A stretch of 63,093 bases of DNA, counting the filler, from Octopus bimaculoides (taxonomy: Eukaryota): the NCBI RefSeq assembly GCF_001194135.2. It is 3 parts of 2 records of this genome, joined end to end, with 100 filler letters (N's around TTAATTAATTAA, not from the genome) between each part and the next. Parts side by side here need not be neighbours in the genome. Positions count along the whole stretch, not along the records: positions 1 to 26,229 come from NC_068989.1; positions 26,330 to 54,139 come from NC_068990.1; 1 more part is not named here. One strand, written 5' to 3'. Positions 14,093-26,332 of the stretch are shown here, piece after piece. Each line of letters starts with the position of its first letter. The first letter of the stretch is position 1. The position numbers were made by a program, and so were the translations under genes. The notes under the pieces were generated by a model, which saw only the letters and a list, made by a program, of their open reading frames with translations, ran no database searches and was not told where the DNA came from.

Positions 14093-14356
14093 TATACACG
14101 AGTTCCAGTAAAGAAACAGACACTGCTTAAGATACTTGAGCCAAGAATTTAATCAACTTTAGCTGTTGTTTATCCCTAGGTCAGTCTTGATCCAGTAGGC
14201 TTATGATCAAACGCATTCCTGTTGTGATCATCCTTTACTTTTCCTTGTCATGGTCCATTTGACCACATTATTCCATGTGTAGTTATTCTTAAGAGGGAGG
14301 GAGAGAGAAAGACAGAGACAGACAGACAGACAGACAGAGAAAGATGTATATATACA

Positions 14357-15050
14357 TTCGCTGATGACTCTAAGCTCCAAAAAACTATCAACGAAGAAGA
14401 AGACCGAACTGAACTCCAGTCTGATTTACATGCTGTGAGTCAATGGGTAGGCAAAAACAAAATGCAACTAAAGAGGGAAAATTTGAGCTGAGGCATTTTG
14501 GAAGAAAGACTATGCTAAAACAGCCATACTCACTTCCTTCAGGGGAACCACTTACAGCATCTAATAATATCAGAGACCTGAGAGTAGTTGTTGATAACAG
14601 TCTCAGCTGGAGTACCCACATCAACAATAAGCTCGATATAGCTCGTATGATGAGCTCCTGGATCTTTCCGGTCCAGACAACAAGGTGTCAGTGTCATCAT
14701 TCCTCTTTTCTCCTCCTTTGTACGGCCACACCTTGAATACTGCTACCTGCTGTGGTCTACCCATACAAAACAAAACATTTCGAAAATTGAATCACTCCGG
14801 TGATCATTCACTAAGGGGATGACTGATCTCAATTATTGGGACCGCCTTAAAACATTGAAATTCTATTCTTTCCAGCGCCGCCGTGAGCGATACATCATTT
14901 GTACGATGTGGACAATATACCACCAGCATTGCCCACACGAGCTCAATATTGGCTTCAAAATTCAGCCAAAGCTAGGACCACGGGCCAAATGTCCCCTACA
15001 CAATTCAGAATCACAACACATAAATACACTGCAACACAATTTCTTTTAAT
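14357..15050 (+). mobile_element. CR1/L2-clade LINE fragment (RT C-terminus to ORF2 end), decayed
   Basis: FADDSKLQKTINEEEDRTELQSDLHAVSQW..NKMQL, KFELRHFG, DLRVVVDNSLSWSTHI and NYWDRLKTLKFYSFQRRRERY in successive frames. Confidence 0.85.
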
Positions 15051-15088
15051 AAAATTTAATATTTGATATGTGTTTGTATATGTATGCG

Positions 15089-15154
<66 letters not shown>

Positions 15155-15156
15155 GC

Positions 15157-15735
15157 ATATTGAAAGCAAGAAAGAGGAGAAATATTGATGTATAAACAAT
15201 TTATTTGTATGATAGAAAGATATTGAATTTTTTTGTAATAACAACACAAATAAGTTGTACAATTCTAAAAGAAATGGCAGATGCGAAAAACCTACATATG
15301 TGTTTCGATTCATGCCCCTATGTGATACGTAATTCTAAGCATTTGGTCATATGCTAAGAATTGGTATCATTTTCAACTATATGGGGCAGAATCTCATCAG
15401 GTTTTTAATAGCTTTTTAAGAGTTTTTTGTATGCGTCCTTTCAAGAAATATGTTAACCTTTGTTCTATAAGTTCTTAAAACACTGACGAGATTCTGTCCT
15501 ATATAGTTGAAAATGATACCTATTTTTAGCATATGACCAAATGCTTAGAATTACGTATCACCTAAGAGCATGAATCGAAACATATATGTAGGTTTTTCGC
15601 ATCTGCCATTTCTTTTAGAGCTCTACAACTTGTAATTTATTTGTATTGTTAGTATATAAAAAATTTCAACAATTTTATATCATACAAATAAATTATTTAT
15701 ACATCCATATTTCTCCATTTTCTTTCTTTCAATAT
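15157..15735. mobile_element. ~580-bp foldback / MITE-like element with ~260-bp inverted arms
   Basis: 15157-15415 is reverse-complementary to 15465-15735 with only scattered mismatches (e.g. ctaaaagaaatggcagatgcgaaaaacctacata / tatgtaggtttttcgcatctgccatttcttttag); no coding capacity. Confidence 0.85.
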
Positions 15736-15885
15736 TAATAATATGTATTACAATAATAATCCCTAATATATCATCGAGACTTTCTCCTTATATAATAGTG
15801 ATTAACCAGTGGAATTTTGGGGGTTATTTAATCCCTAAAGTGGATCTAACACCCTCGAATTGACTGTATACAAAGGCATACATAC

Positions 15886-15931
<46 letters not shown>

Positions 15932-16417
15932 GTCATTATCAATAGAAGGTAGCAGAATCTTAGAGGTTTTAATATATTGTTATCTTTTCAGTTGTATTAT
16001 CAAACTTTGCGTCAAAACCTGTCTTCTGTCTTAGTGGAATTATGTCAAAATGTAAAACACGTTAGCTATTGTCGTCTTATAATGTGAATATTGCCTAACT
16101 TAGGACAAAGAGTGTAATTTCTGGCCTCTGTCTCTTCGAGCAACGATAAAATAATACCAACTTTTTACTCTGCAGCCGCATATTGCTTATATTCACTTTT
16201 ATCATTTCCATTGGGTCTTTTTATTAGTGATGTTGTTCTTTTTCAGTTATAAGATTCCCCCTGGTGCTAAACATTTTGTGGTGCCCTCTAATGTACTACT
16301 CGATCTGCTATAAGTATCAACCAAATCTTTCTCGAATACTTTTCCAAAAAAACAAAAGACATATTAAATAACGTTGGCATAATTACAATGCTAGAAAACA
16401 AATTAAATTGGATTGAT

Positions 16418-16505
16418 AAAACTGATTGGTAAAATTGAGTAGCAAAACTGATTGGCAAAACTGATTGGCGAAACCAATTGGTAAAACTGATTGGTAAAAC
16501 TCAAT
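16418..16505. repeat. 13-bp minisatellite (aaaactgattggy), ~6.7 copies
   Basis: Units start at 16418, 16431, 16444, 16457, 16470, 16483 and 16496. Confidence 0.85.
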
Positions 16506-16807
16506 ATCAATTTGTAATCTCCAAAGAATCGAAATTTTTTTAAAGCTATGTATTATATTAAAATAAGAAAGACAATCAAAATATATAATCATTGAGTCCC
16601 TATGTATGAGAATTGAACATTTTGGTCAAGTCTGTGGCGTCTTTATTCACAGTTTTGCTCAATATATTTTGATCTGATGCTAAACACCACCAACCAGAAA
16701 ATGTTTCGTTTCTTCCTTTTCAGAAGCGAACCACTCTAAAATCCACTCATTGCTCATATCTTCCACACTGACAATCAATCTGTAGTAGTTAAACCTGAAC
16801 ATCAGCC

Positions 16808-16811
<4 letters not shown>

Positions 16812-16904
<93 letters not shown>

Positions 16905-16933
16905 GAGAGAGAGGTGGGGACAGACCAACAGAC

Positions 16934-17012
<79 letters not shown>
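16812..17012. repeat. Compound (CA)n-(GATA)n-(GACA)n microsatellite
   Basis: Directly visible; lies at the 3' end of the minus-strand RTE fragment. Confidence 0.9.
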
Positions 17013-17014
<2 letters not shown>

Positions 17015-17039
17015 TATTTCTACATCCAATAGACAGCCA

Positions 17040-17550
17040 GATGACTTCATTCATCTCTGGTCACAATGCGCTTCCATTCTTCCTTCGATTGCGCCCTTCT
17101 CTTCCAATAGGCTCGAAGTTTTTACAGTATCATCTTTCCATGGCCTTAGAGATCTCCCGAGACGTGTCTTCTGATCTCTTGGATATCACTCGACAACTGC
17201 ACGGACCCACTTGCTGTCTGTTGCCTTTGCTGTACGTCTGGCCCCACGGAATTCGGGAGCTTGTGTTTTTAGTGTTTCTCAGTCACATCGCTCATTTTAC
17301 TCCCCTCACGATTTATCTCGTTTCGGATATGCTCCGCAATAAAATCACTAGTACGGCGCTTTCCATGATCACCTGTGTTGTATCAAGTGAATGATCTTCC
17401 TTCTTCGTAATTTCCCATGTCTTACTTATGTATAAGAGGTCATGTAGGATTGAGCAAGTGAAACGATTGTCAAATAGGGCTAAATCCATCTGTGCCTTGA
17501 GCACGTTTTAAATCGACGCAAACGCCTTCGTTTCTGGTGTGACATGAGCA
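17040..17550 (-). mobile_element. RTE-clade LINE 3' fragment, decayed
   Basis: Minus strand: LLYISKTWEITKKED..TTQVIMESAVLVILLRSI, then ATDSKWVRAVVE*YPRDQK..GRSLRPWKDD, the typical RTE ORF C-terminus with stops and frameshifts. Confidence 0.8.
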
Positions 17551-19294
17551 GATTTGGTTACTATATTTAGCATGTCAGTAGACTGCACGGAGGCGACTCT
17601 TTCATTAACACGTATAAATTATACACATATGAGGTGGACACAATTGATTATATCTCTTACCTATCAAAAGATATTCTGTATAATATGGCAGTTAATATGT
17701 ATGAGAGAAAAACAAACATCGAAAGGAGCATCTTACTGAATATTCATACCCTATCTTTACTTTTAAATATTTCGAAAGAGCTGAAAGAAAGAAAGAAAAA
17801 ATAATCTATTGTTAGTGGAAAATCGTACTAGGAATAAATTGGCATTCATTGTAGTCAATTATTTTTACTAAAAATGAAAGAAAAACATTGGCTCCCTGTC
17901 TACACAAAATAAAACATTATCACTCATATGAACTTGATTATCACGCGGTCTTTGATGCTGATATTGTAGTTATTGTTAATTTTGTTTCAAACAAACGAAA
18001 TTGATTCTCATATTATCTGATAAAGTGAGCGCTCTTTAAATAGTAAAAAGCCCCGTATACATGTAATGTAAATGTGTGTTAGAAGATAACATATTCAATG
18101 TAGCGGTCCAAAAGAAAAATGTTTAATTTTACGGACACAATTATTGCTGCGCAGTTAAAAGGTTCACTTCGCAGATGTATCGATTCAGGTTCGATACAAA
18201 TACGCAATACCTACGGAAAGTGTTTGCTGTCATGGTCTCAGGTTGACCAAAACCTTGTGAATAAAGTTTTCAGGTCGAAACTGTTTGGAAGCCATCGGAT
18301 GGATTAACTGTGGCATATTAAATGTCATCTGGTTTAATACCACTGTCTGGTCCTTGAGTGTCATTAGCGGCGTACATTCTGTTGGAATCATTCAGACCAG
18401 GTCTCCAACCAGTTATCGAGATCCTCTGACGAATGTATAACACTGTAATGAAAAGAATTATCAATGCTAATGATAATGTATGTTAACAGAAGCAAGGGAG
18501 ATAACTGCAAAATCCTTGTAATTCATTACTATACAGCAAGCGACACATTATTTAATTAGGTATCTCTCTGTCAACAACAACTTTGAACAACAAATTGAAA
18601 TAGGTCTCTGCTTACTGGTATACAATTGATGTATAATGATTAACGGGATATGTTGTTGCTTAATCCCTTCTGTCATCAGATGCGTCTTCAACCGTCTCAA
18701 ATAGTAGTGTGTTGTTTGAAGGAAATTTAGCTGTTATCTTCAGCGGTCGAACGTCTACATTGGAACCCCCTTATTAATTCCATGTAACTAGTTTGGCTAC
18801 CTGATGTGACATCCTTGATGACTTGTGACGAGTACGATTGATCAAGGCGGGGCTGATTGGTGTGGTAGGTTTAATGTTCTAGCGGGTGTCAGAGTGTACA
18901 GTGTGATATCTTCCATAACGTGGTTGGTGTCGCATAAATAGCATGGTTGGTATATTTAATATGGTCAGTATAATATTGTTAAAGTGTTGCTGTGATTGAT
19001 ATTCTGTCATCTTTTAAATATTCTACAAAAAATTTTCATTAAATCAACTGAAACAACAAACATTTTCTTCTCATTGTAACCAACTTCTCTGATTGGCTCT
19101 TCTGTAAAAAAAACAATTGGATGCTATATAAAGGAGTCAGCTAATCAGAGAAGTTACTTGACTGTTTATAAACTTTTATAGAAGAATTTCCTATCAATAT
19201 CCAATTATTGTAAACTTTTGTTCCAACGAATAAATGATATTTATCTCAAATGCGAGTTATAGTCTAATTCCATTTCCATCTTAATGCTATTCTC

Positions 19295-19445
19295 AGGCAG
19301 CGATTTGGTAACGTCGTTAAAGCTTCGGATATAATGCCTCACGGTATTTGTTCCGATTCCCTACATTCTGAGTTTGAATCCTGCTGTAGTCAACCTTACC
19401 TTTTATTTTGGGATCGATAAAAAAAACAACTAATCCCGGGTCGTG
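19295..19445 (+). mobile_element. Old degenerate family A SINE
   Basis: aggcagcgatttgg...ttctgagtttgaatcctgctgtagtcaacc...gggatcgataa is colinear with 290-512. Confidence 0.55.
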
Positions 19446-21243
19446 TATTATCGGAAATGTAAGAACGTTGGACTAGATGCTCTTGCAATATTCGTTCCGT
19501 TTCTCTGAGTTCTGAGTCCAAATCCTATCATGTCTTTTATGAGTGTTCAGCCAAAACCGTCATCTGGTTCAATAACACATTCTTCTGAAGTTGATAAAAT
19601 AAAATTCCTGTGCTTTTGTCTTTGCAATTAATTCTATTTTCTTTGCAGCAGCAGTTGGCGAATTTCCTTCAACTTGGTCAATCTGGTAGGTATCTAAGAG
19701 ATCAGTAGTGAATTTTTTGCTCTCTTTCAGAATAGANNNNNNNNNNNNNNNNNNNNNNNNNNNNNNNNNNNNNNNNNNNNNNNNNNNNNNNNNNNNNNNN
19801 NNNNNNNNNNNNNNNNNNNNNNNNNNNNNNNNNNNNTTAAGTATTCTAGTGTGACAATATTTTAACAAAATGACGGTACCTTTTTTAATTATAATGTTAC
19901 TTTGAAAATCAAAATCAAATAGTTTTTAATATTCAAATTTTATCCTTAGCTAAAATATTTCAATAATTTTTAATATTCATATTTTATCCTTAGCTGCAAT
20001 ATTTCAAGTAAAAATTTTCTTGTTCTGCGCTGTACCAGATGTACTAAGTTGTCCTGAACTTTTCCAAGTCTAATAACTTGTCCTGTACTTTTCCAGTTTT
20101 ATAATCTTAAGAATATTATTTCTCTTGCTCGAATTTTTCAATGTAATCCATGTTTTTTCCAGGCTATGTTATTATGCTAATTAATAACGTGTCAAATGTG
20201 TCAATTAGCGGTGTCGTTGACAATTTTTTCCTTACCTCAAAGACGCCGGTGACATATATCAAAAGTTCCCTTATAGCACTATATTCATAAAAAAGTATAG
20301 AACAATATTATCACCCTAAAATTTGAGAAACAAACACTCATAACTTTTTCTTTTAAAACTTCATTGCATGAGATTGATACCATGAAATTCCTCGAATTGA
20401 GCTCTATAATTTAAGTTTAATTAAAGTATAGTTTGTTTTTAAAATGAAAAAGTTAATTATGCTTAAATCTAAAGTTTTTCCTTGTATTTTTTTTTTTTCA
20501 TATTTTACCTCACAACTTTTTTGATACAAATTTTTGTTGCGTGGGACCAAAGCTATGAAATTCTTCATGCTTTCTTCTATCATTGAATCTAAGATAAATA
20601 TATTTGGCCTTTAAAATAATGTTATTTAGAGGTAAACTTGATTGTTGGCGTTACTTACTCTCCTATAAAAATTGCTACAAATTTTGATGCAAATTTTTTT
20701 TTCTACTGAACCAAAGCTCAACTTTTTATGCCAAAATGTAACTAGGCCCCAGTCCTCTTCAAAAATGTCAACAGTTTTCAATTTGGTTAAGAACTGAATT
20801 AGCAACAAGCTCTGAAAGATTCTGCGTGTGAGTAAATTGTGGCCTTATGAATATTATTCAACTACTACCGTAGTTGAATGATAAGGATCGTGACAATTAA
20901 TTGCATGCTCATTGTGTAAGCAGGTCTATTTCACAGTTGTCCTTTTAGGAATATGAAATTACTAGGAGGAGTGGATTCCCAGTCCCTTCGTTCCCATTAT
21001 GCTCGTAAATTAATTCTGAAGTAGATTCATCATAACAAAATGTGAACAAGATAGAGTCCATCCGAAGGACATACAAATTCTTTCGACCCAATTTCATTCT
21101 CACAAACTGGGCGAATGAGGGTCCGCGGGAAACTTGGCTTGCTAGAGATGCCACGCTTTAGGATCGAACAGTGCACCTCATTATTATGAAGGGAACTTCT
21201 TAGCCGTTTCCTCACTCTCCGTCTATACACACACATACACATA

Positions 21244-21283
<40 letters not shown>

Positions 21284-21759
21284 GTACACACTCGTGTATA
21301 TATATANNNNNNNNNNNNNNNNNNNNNNNNNNNNNNNNNNNNNNNNNNNNNNNNNNNNNNNNNNNNNNNNNNNNNNNNNNNNNNNNNNNNNNNNNNNNNN
21401 NNNNNNNNNNNNNNNNNNNNNNNNNNNNNNNNNNNNNNNNNNNNNNNNNNNNNNNNNNNNNNNNNNNNNNNNNNNNNNNNNNNNNNNNNNNNNNNNNNNN
21501 NNNNNNNNNNNNNNNNNNNNNNNNNNNNNNNNNNNNNNNNNNNNNNNNNNNNNNNNNNNNNNNNNNNNNNNNNNNNNNNNNNNNNNNNNNNNNNNNNNNN
21601 NNNNNNNNNNNNNNNNNNNNNNNNNNNNNNNNNNNNNNNNNNNNNNNNNNNNNNNNNNNNNNNNNNNNNNNNNNNNNNNNNNNNNNNNNNNNNNNNNNGC
21701 TATATAAACATGCATACATATATCATACGAAGTATCTAACATTCATTAGATACTTATAG

Positions 21760-22913
21760 GAACATTTTACACAGTTCGATATTGTCGAACTTTACCCGTC
21801 AATATCTAGGCCTTTGTTTCTAAAAGCATTAGACTTCGCCGAGCAGTATGTCGCTATCGATAGCTCGGAAATAAATATTACCCTGCATGGAAGGAAATCT
21901 CTTCTTTATTACAATGATTCCACGTGGGTCAAAAAGAGTGAGGATTCTCTATTCGATACGCTGATGGGGGCATATGATGAGGCGGAGTTGTGTATGTTTG
22001 TAGGAACTTATATTTTGCATAACCTGCATCTAGAATTCCCTTTTATAGATGCAGGATTAAACAGAAATGACGGTCTTTTATTCACCCATAATTTAAACGG
22101 CCATGAGTTAGATAAACTTAGGAAGAATCTGATCGCTTTCTTCCAAAGAATGGGTTTACAGATTACGATAGAAAGTAACCTTAATAACGTAGATTTTTTA
22201 GATATCAACTTGGATTTGCAATTACATAAATTTAAACCCTACCGCAATCCTAATGGAAAGCTATGTTATATTAGCAACGAATCAAGTCATCCACCCTTGA
22301 TTCTTAAGAACCTAGTTAGTAATGTAGGAAGGCGAATATCATCAATTTCTTTTGATGAAACAGCATTTCAAAATGCCGCACTGTACTATAATAATGTATT
22401 AATGAAAAGTAGATTCTCGGAGAATCAATCTAGCCATAAGTTCAATAGAATTTTTAATAGGAGAACACTGCAAATTAGCTATTCTTGTTGCAAAAACTTC
22501 CCCTCTTTTATTAATCTGCATAGCACGAAAATTATTACGAACAACCATAGTGCTGAATCTAATCTGAAGAACTGCAACTTCAAAGATAAGACTTGCTGTC
22601 CGTTGGAAGGTAAATGTCTTGAAAACGGAATCGTTTATGGAGCTAAAGTGCAAGTGAATGTCTCACAAGAATATAAAACTTACACAGGGGTTTCGGAAAA
22701 TTCATTCAGGACTCGGTGTTATTCCCACCGAAATTCTTTCCGATACCCCGAGAATATGATAGCAACTAGTCTTGTAAAGCATCTCTGAGAAATGAAAAAG
22801 GATGACACCCGTCCTTTCAATGTAACCTGGGAAATTCTAGAACATCATCATACAGACATGGAGCTTATAAAAGACCCATGAAATGTAATTTTCACCTTTC
22901 AGAAAAGTTCATC
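21760..22913 (+). mobile_element. Penelope-like element fossil: reverse transcriptase plus GIY-YIG endonuclease
   Basis: Open frame from 21760: FDIVELYPSI, FDTLMGAYDEAELCMFVG, GLNRNDGL (mutated YRDD), DFLDINLDL, KPYRNPNG..YISNESSHPP, Cys linker CNFKDKTCCPLEGKCL, IVY...KTYTG..ENSFRTRCYSH. TGA at 22786 replaces a Trp; the frameshifted end reads PMKCNFHLSEKFI. Confidence 0.9.
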
Positions 22914-22916
22914 AGT

Positions 22917-23076
22917 GGAGGCGCAATGGCCCAGTGGTTAGGGCAGTGGACTCGCGGTCATAGGATCGCGGTTTCGATTCCCAGACCGGGCGTTGTGAGT
23001 GTTTATTGAGCGAAAACACCTAAAGCTCCACGAGGCTCCGGCAGGGGATGGTGGCGAACCCTGCTGTACTCTTTCA
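22917..23076 (+). mobile_element. tRNA-derived SINE head (family C), truncated by gap
   Basis: ggaggcgcaatggcccagtggttaggg (A box) and ggtttcgattccc (B box), followed by a non-tRNA body; inserted at the end of the PLE coding region. Confidence 0.8.
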
Positions 23077-23761
23077 NNNNNNNNNNNNNNNNNNNNNNNN
23101 NNNNNNNNNNNNNNNNNNNNNNNNNNNNNNNNNNNNNNNNNNNNNNNNNNNNNNNNNNNNNNNNNNNNNNNNNNNNNNNNNNNNNNNNNNNNNNNNNNNN
23201 NNNNNNNNNNNNNNNNNNNNNNNNNNNNNNNNNNNNNNNNNNNNNNNNNNNNNNNNNNNNNNNNNNNNNNNNNNNNNNNNNNNNNNNNNNNNNNNNNNNN
23301 NNNNNNNNNNNNNNNNNNNNNNNNNNNNNNNNNNNNNNNNNNNNNNNNNNNNNNNNNNNNNNNNNNNNNNNNNNNNNNNNNNNNNNNNNNNNNNNNNNNN
23401 NNNNNNNNNNNNNNNNNNNNNNNNNNNNNNNNNNNNNNNNNNNNNNNNNNNNNNNNNNNNNNNNNNNNNNNNNNNNNNNNNNNNNNNNNNNNNNNNNNNN
23501 NNNNNNNNNNNNNNNNNNNNNNNNNNNNNNNNNNNNNNNNNNNNNNNNNNNNNNNNNNNNNNNNNNNNNNNNNNNNNNNNNNNNNNNNNNNNNNNNNNNN
23601 NNNNNNNNNNNNNNNNNNNNNNNNNNNNNNNNNNNNNNNNNNNNNNNNNNNNNNNNNNNNNNNNNNNNNNNNNNNNNNNNNNNNNNNNNNNNNNNNNNNN
23701 NNNNNNNNNNNNNNNNNNNNNNNNNNNNNNNNNNNNNNNNNNNNNNNNNNNNNNNNNNNNN

Positions 23762-24060
23762 ACCAGTTTCGCACTGGCGTGGATGTAATCGACTTAATCC
23801 CTTTGTCTGTCCTTGTTTGTCCCCTCTATGTTTAGCCCTTTGTGGGTAATAAAGAAATAAGAAACGTTAGCACGCCGGTCGAAATGCTTAGCGGTGTTTC
23901 GTCTGTCTTTATGTTCTGAGTTCAAATTCCGCCGAGGTTGATTTTGCCTTTCTTCCTTTCGGGGTTGATAAATTAAGTACCAATTGCGCAGTGGATCGAT
24001 CTAATCGACTGGACTCCTCCCAAAAAATTTCGGGCCTTGTGCCTAGAATAAAAAAGAATT
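23762..24060 (+). mobile_element. Tandem family A SINEs (3' end of one copy followed by a second copy)
   Basis: 23762-23860 matches the 8365-8457 tail; 23863-24060 matches the body of 290-512. Confidence 0.85.
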
Positions 24061-24231
24061 TATTGTGTAATTTACTCAATTCAACATTAGAATATTATAT
24101 ATACCAGTTTGTTTGCGTATATACGTTATGACGTATATATTTATCATGATGTGAAGATGTCTCTATCTATATACATATGTGTGTATGTATGTATTGTAGG
24201 TGTATATATATATATATATATATATATATGC

Positions 24232-24262
<31 letters not shown>

Positions 24263-25086
24263 ATATATATATGTATATATTTATATATATATATATATAT
24301 ATATGGCGGGGGGCATGTATTTGCGTATATATTTGTATATCTGTATGCGTATCTATGTGTTTGTGTGTATACTTGTATTTATGTAGGTACGTAAGTCATT
24401 TTCTGTGTACGTTTCGCAAGCTCAACGATGTGTCTAACTTTCGTTAGACACCTATAGAAACGCCAATCATTTTACTCTATCTATTTCCCCTTTCTCTAAT
24501 TTTCCGTTTCTTTTTCTTTTATTTCTTTTTCTTCTTTTCCATTTTACTTTTTCCCCCCACTTGTTATTCTCTGATTTTTTTTTCCCTTTTCTTTCTTTCG
24601 CCTGTTTCAACTAAATTCTATAAGCATACACCAGAAGGTTTTATGCGCGTGCGAGTGTGTGCGCGCAAACATATATAGGCGTTTGTATATATGTTTTCCC
24701 TATATATGTCTGTATATGTATGCAACCATAAACACTAAACCTACGCCTGTATGTTTAGTGTATATATGTATATTATTTATTGTTTGGTATGTGTGCATAT
24801 TGCTAAATGTATATGTATTTTAGCGTAAAAGTTTTTTAAACGGATATATCTTTCAATTTATTATTATTTTTACAACTAACTATTTACCCTGGGTATTCAG
24901 AGCTTTTTCCTTCTACATAAGTTATTTGTGATGTAAGGTTTTCTTCGATTTTTATAATAATACGATTTTAAACAGCAATTGTCATTTAATGAAACCGGTT
25001 ATTATAAAGACTGTTAGGTGAAAGGACCAATGAAACAAAACCATTTTGAAATGTGTATCTAACAAAGTAATTATATTTCTACATAT

Positions 25087-25252
25087 AGGCCAGGAGTGGC
25101 TGTGTGGTAAGTAGCTTGCTTATCAACCACATGCTTCCGGGTTCAGTCCCACTGCGTGGCACTTTGGGCAAGCGTCTTCTACTATAGCCTCGGGCCGACC
25201 AAAACCTTGTGAGTGGATTTGGTTGACGGAAACTGAAAGAAGCTCGTCGTAT
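25087..25252 (+). mobile_element. 5' half of family B SINE, running into (TA)n and gap
   Basis: Near-identical to 13619-13772. Confidence 0.9.
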
Positions 25253-25999
25253 ATATATATATATATATATATATATATNNNNNNNNNNNNNNNNNNNNNN
25301 NNNNNNNNNNNNNNNNNNNNNNNNNNNNNNNNNNNNNNNNNNNNNNNNNNNNNNNNNNNNNNNNNNNNNNNNNNNNNNNNNNNNNNNNNNNNNNNNNNNN
25401 NNNNNNNNNNNNNNNNNNNNNNNNNNNNNNNNNNNNNNNNNNNNNNNNNNNNNNNNNNNNNNNNNNNNNNNNNNNNNNNNNNNNNNNNNNNNNNNNNNNN
25501 NNNNNNNNNNNNNNNNNNNNNNNNNNNNNNNNNNNNNNNNNNNNNNNNNNNNNNNNNNNNNNNNNNNNNNNNNNNNNNNNNNNNNNNNNNNNNNNNNNNN
25601 NNNNNNNNNNNNNNNNNNNNNNNNNNNNNNNNNNNNNNNNNNNNNNNNNNNNNNNNNNNNNNNNNNNNNNNNNNNNNNNNNNNNNNNNNNNNNNNNNNNN
25701 NNNNNNNNNNNNNNNNNNNNNNNNNNNNNNNNNNNNNNNNNNNNNNNNNNNNNNNNNNNNNNNNNNNNNNNNNNNNNNNNNNNNNNNNNNNNNNNNNNNN
25801 NNNNNNNNNNNNNNNNNNNNNNNNNNNNNNNNNNNNNNNNNNNNNNNNNNNNNNNNNNNNNNNNNNNNNNNNNNNNNNNNNNNNNNNNNNNNNNNNNNNN
25901 NNNNNNNNNNNNNNNNNNNNNNNNNNATATATTAAATATACGCATATTTATGTGCATATACTTTTACTTGTGATTATATATTATTCATATGTATATATT

Positions 26000-26229
26000 A
26001 TGCTGAGACCCCCTTCGGGCATGACTGACCATGGGATTGCACCTAGAAAGTTAACCTCCCAAGCACAAGTTTGGCCAAGGTTATTTATGGGAGACCAGCA
26101 GTCGCCCATGCATACCAGCCTCAACTCTCCAAGCCACCAGTGTTGTCCAAGGGAAGGGCAAAGGGGCTGATACAGCTTGGCTGCCTGTGACGTCACAACT
26201 CGTTTCTACAGCTGAGTGAACTGGAGCAC
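26000..26229 (-). mobile_element. SINE-like repeat (3' portion), truncated at the scaffold join
   Basis: Reverse complement begins gtgctccagttcactcagctgtagaaa, resembling the central domain that follows the tRNA head in the copy at 47677-47800. Confidence 0.55.
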
Positions 26230-26330
26230 NNNNNNNNNNNNNNNNNNNNNNNNNNNNNNNNNNNNNNNNNNNNTTAATTAATTAANNNNNNNNNNNNNNN
26301 NNNNNNNNNNNNNNNNNNNNNNNNNNNNNC
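26230..26330. other. Artificial scaffold-join spacer (N44-TTAATTAATTAA-N45)
   Basis: A 12-mer giving stops in all six frames sits inside an N run; the same construct recurs at 54140-54239. Confidence 0.9.
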
Positions 26331-26332
26331 CC

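Noticed and set aside
19649-19690. Exon-like segment with a strong acceptor (ttctttgcAG) and GTAGGT donor; QQLA in one frame
   Set aside because: No frame matches IF rod sequence beyond four residues; cannot be assigned to a gene.
22917-22990. Apparent tRNA gene
   Set aside because: Has A/B boxes but no proper acceptor stem and continues into a SINE body; it is a SINE head.
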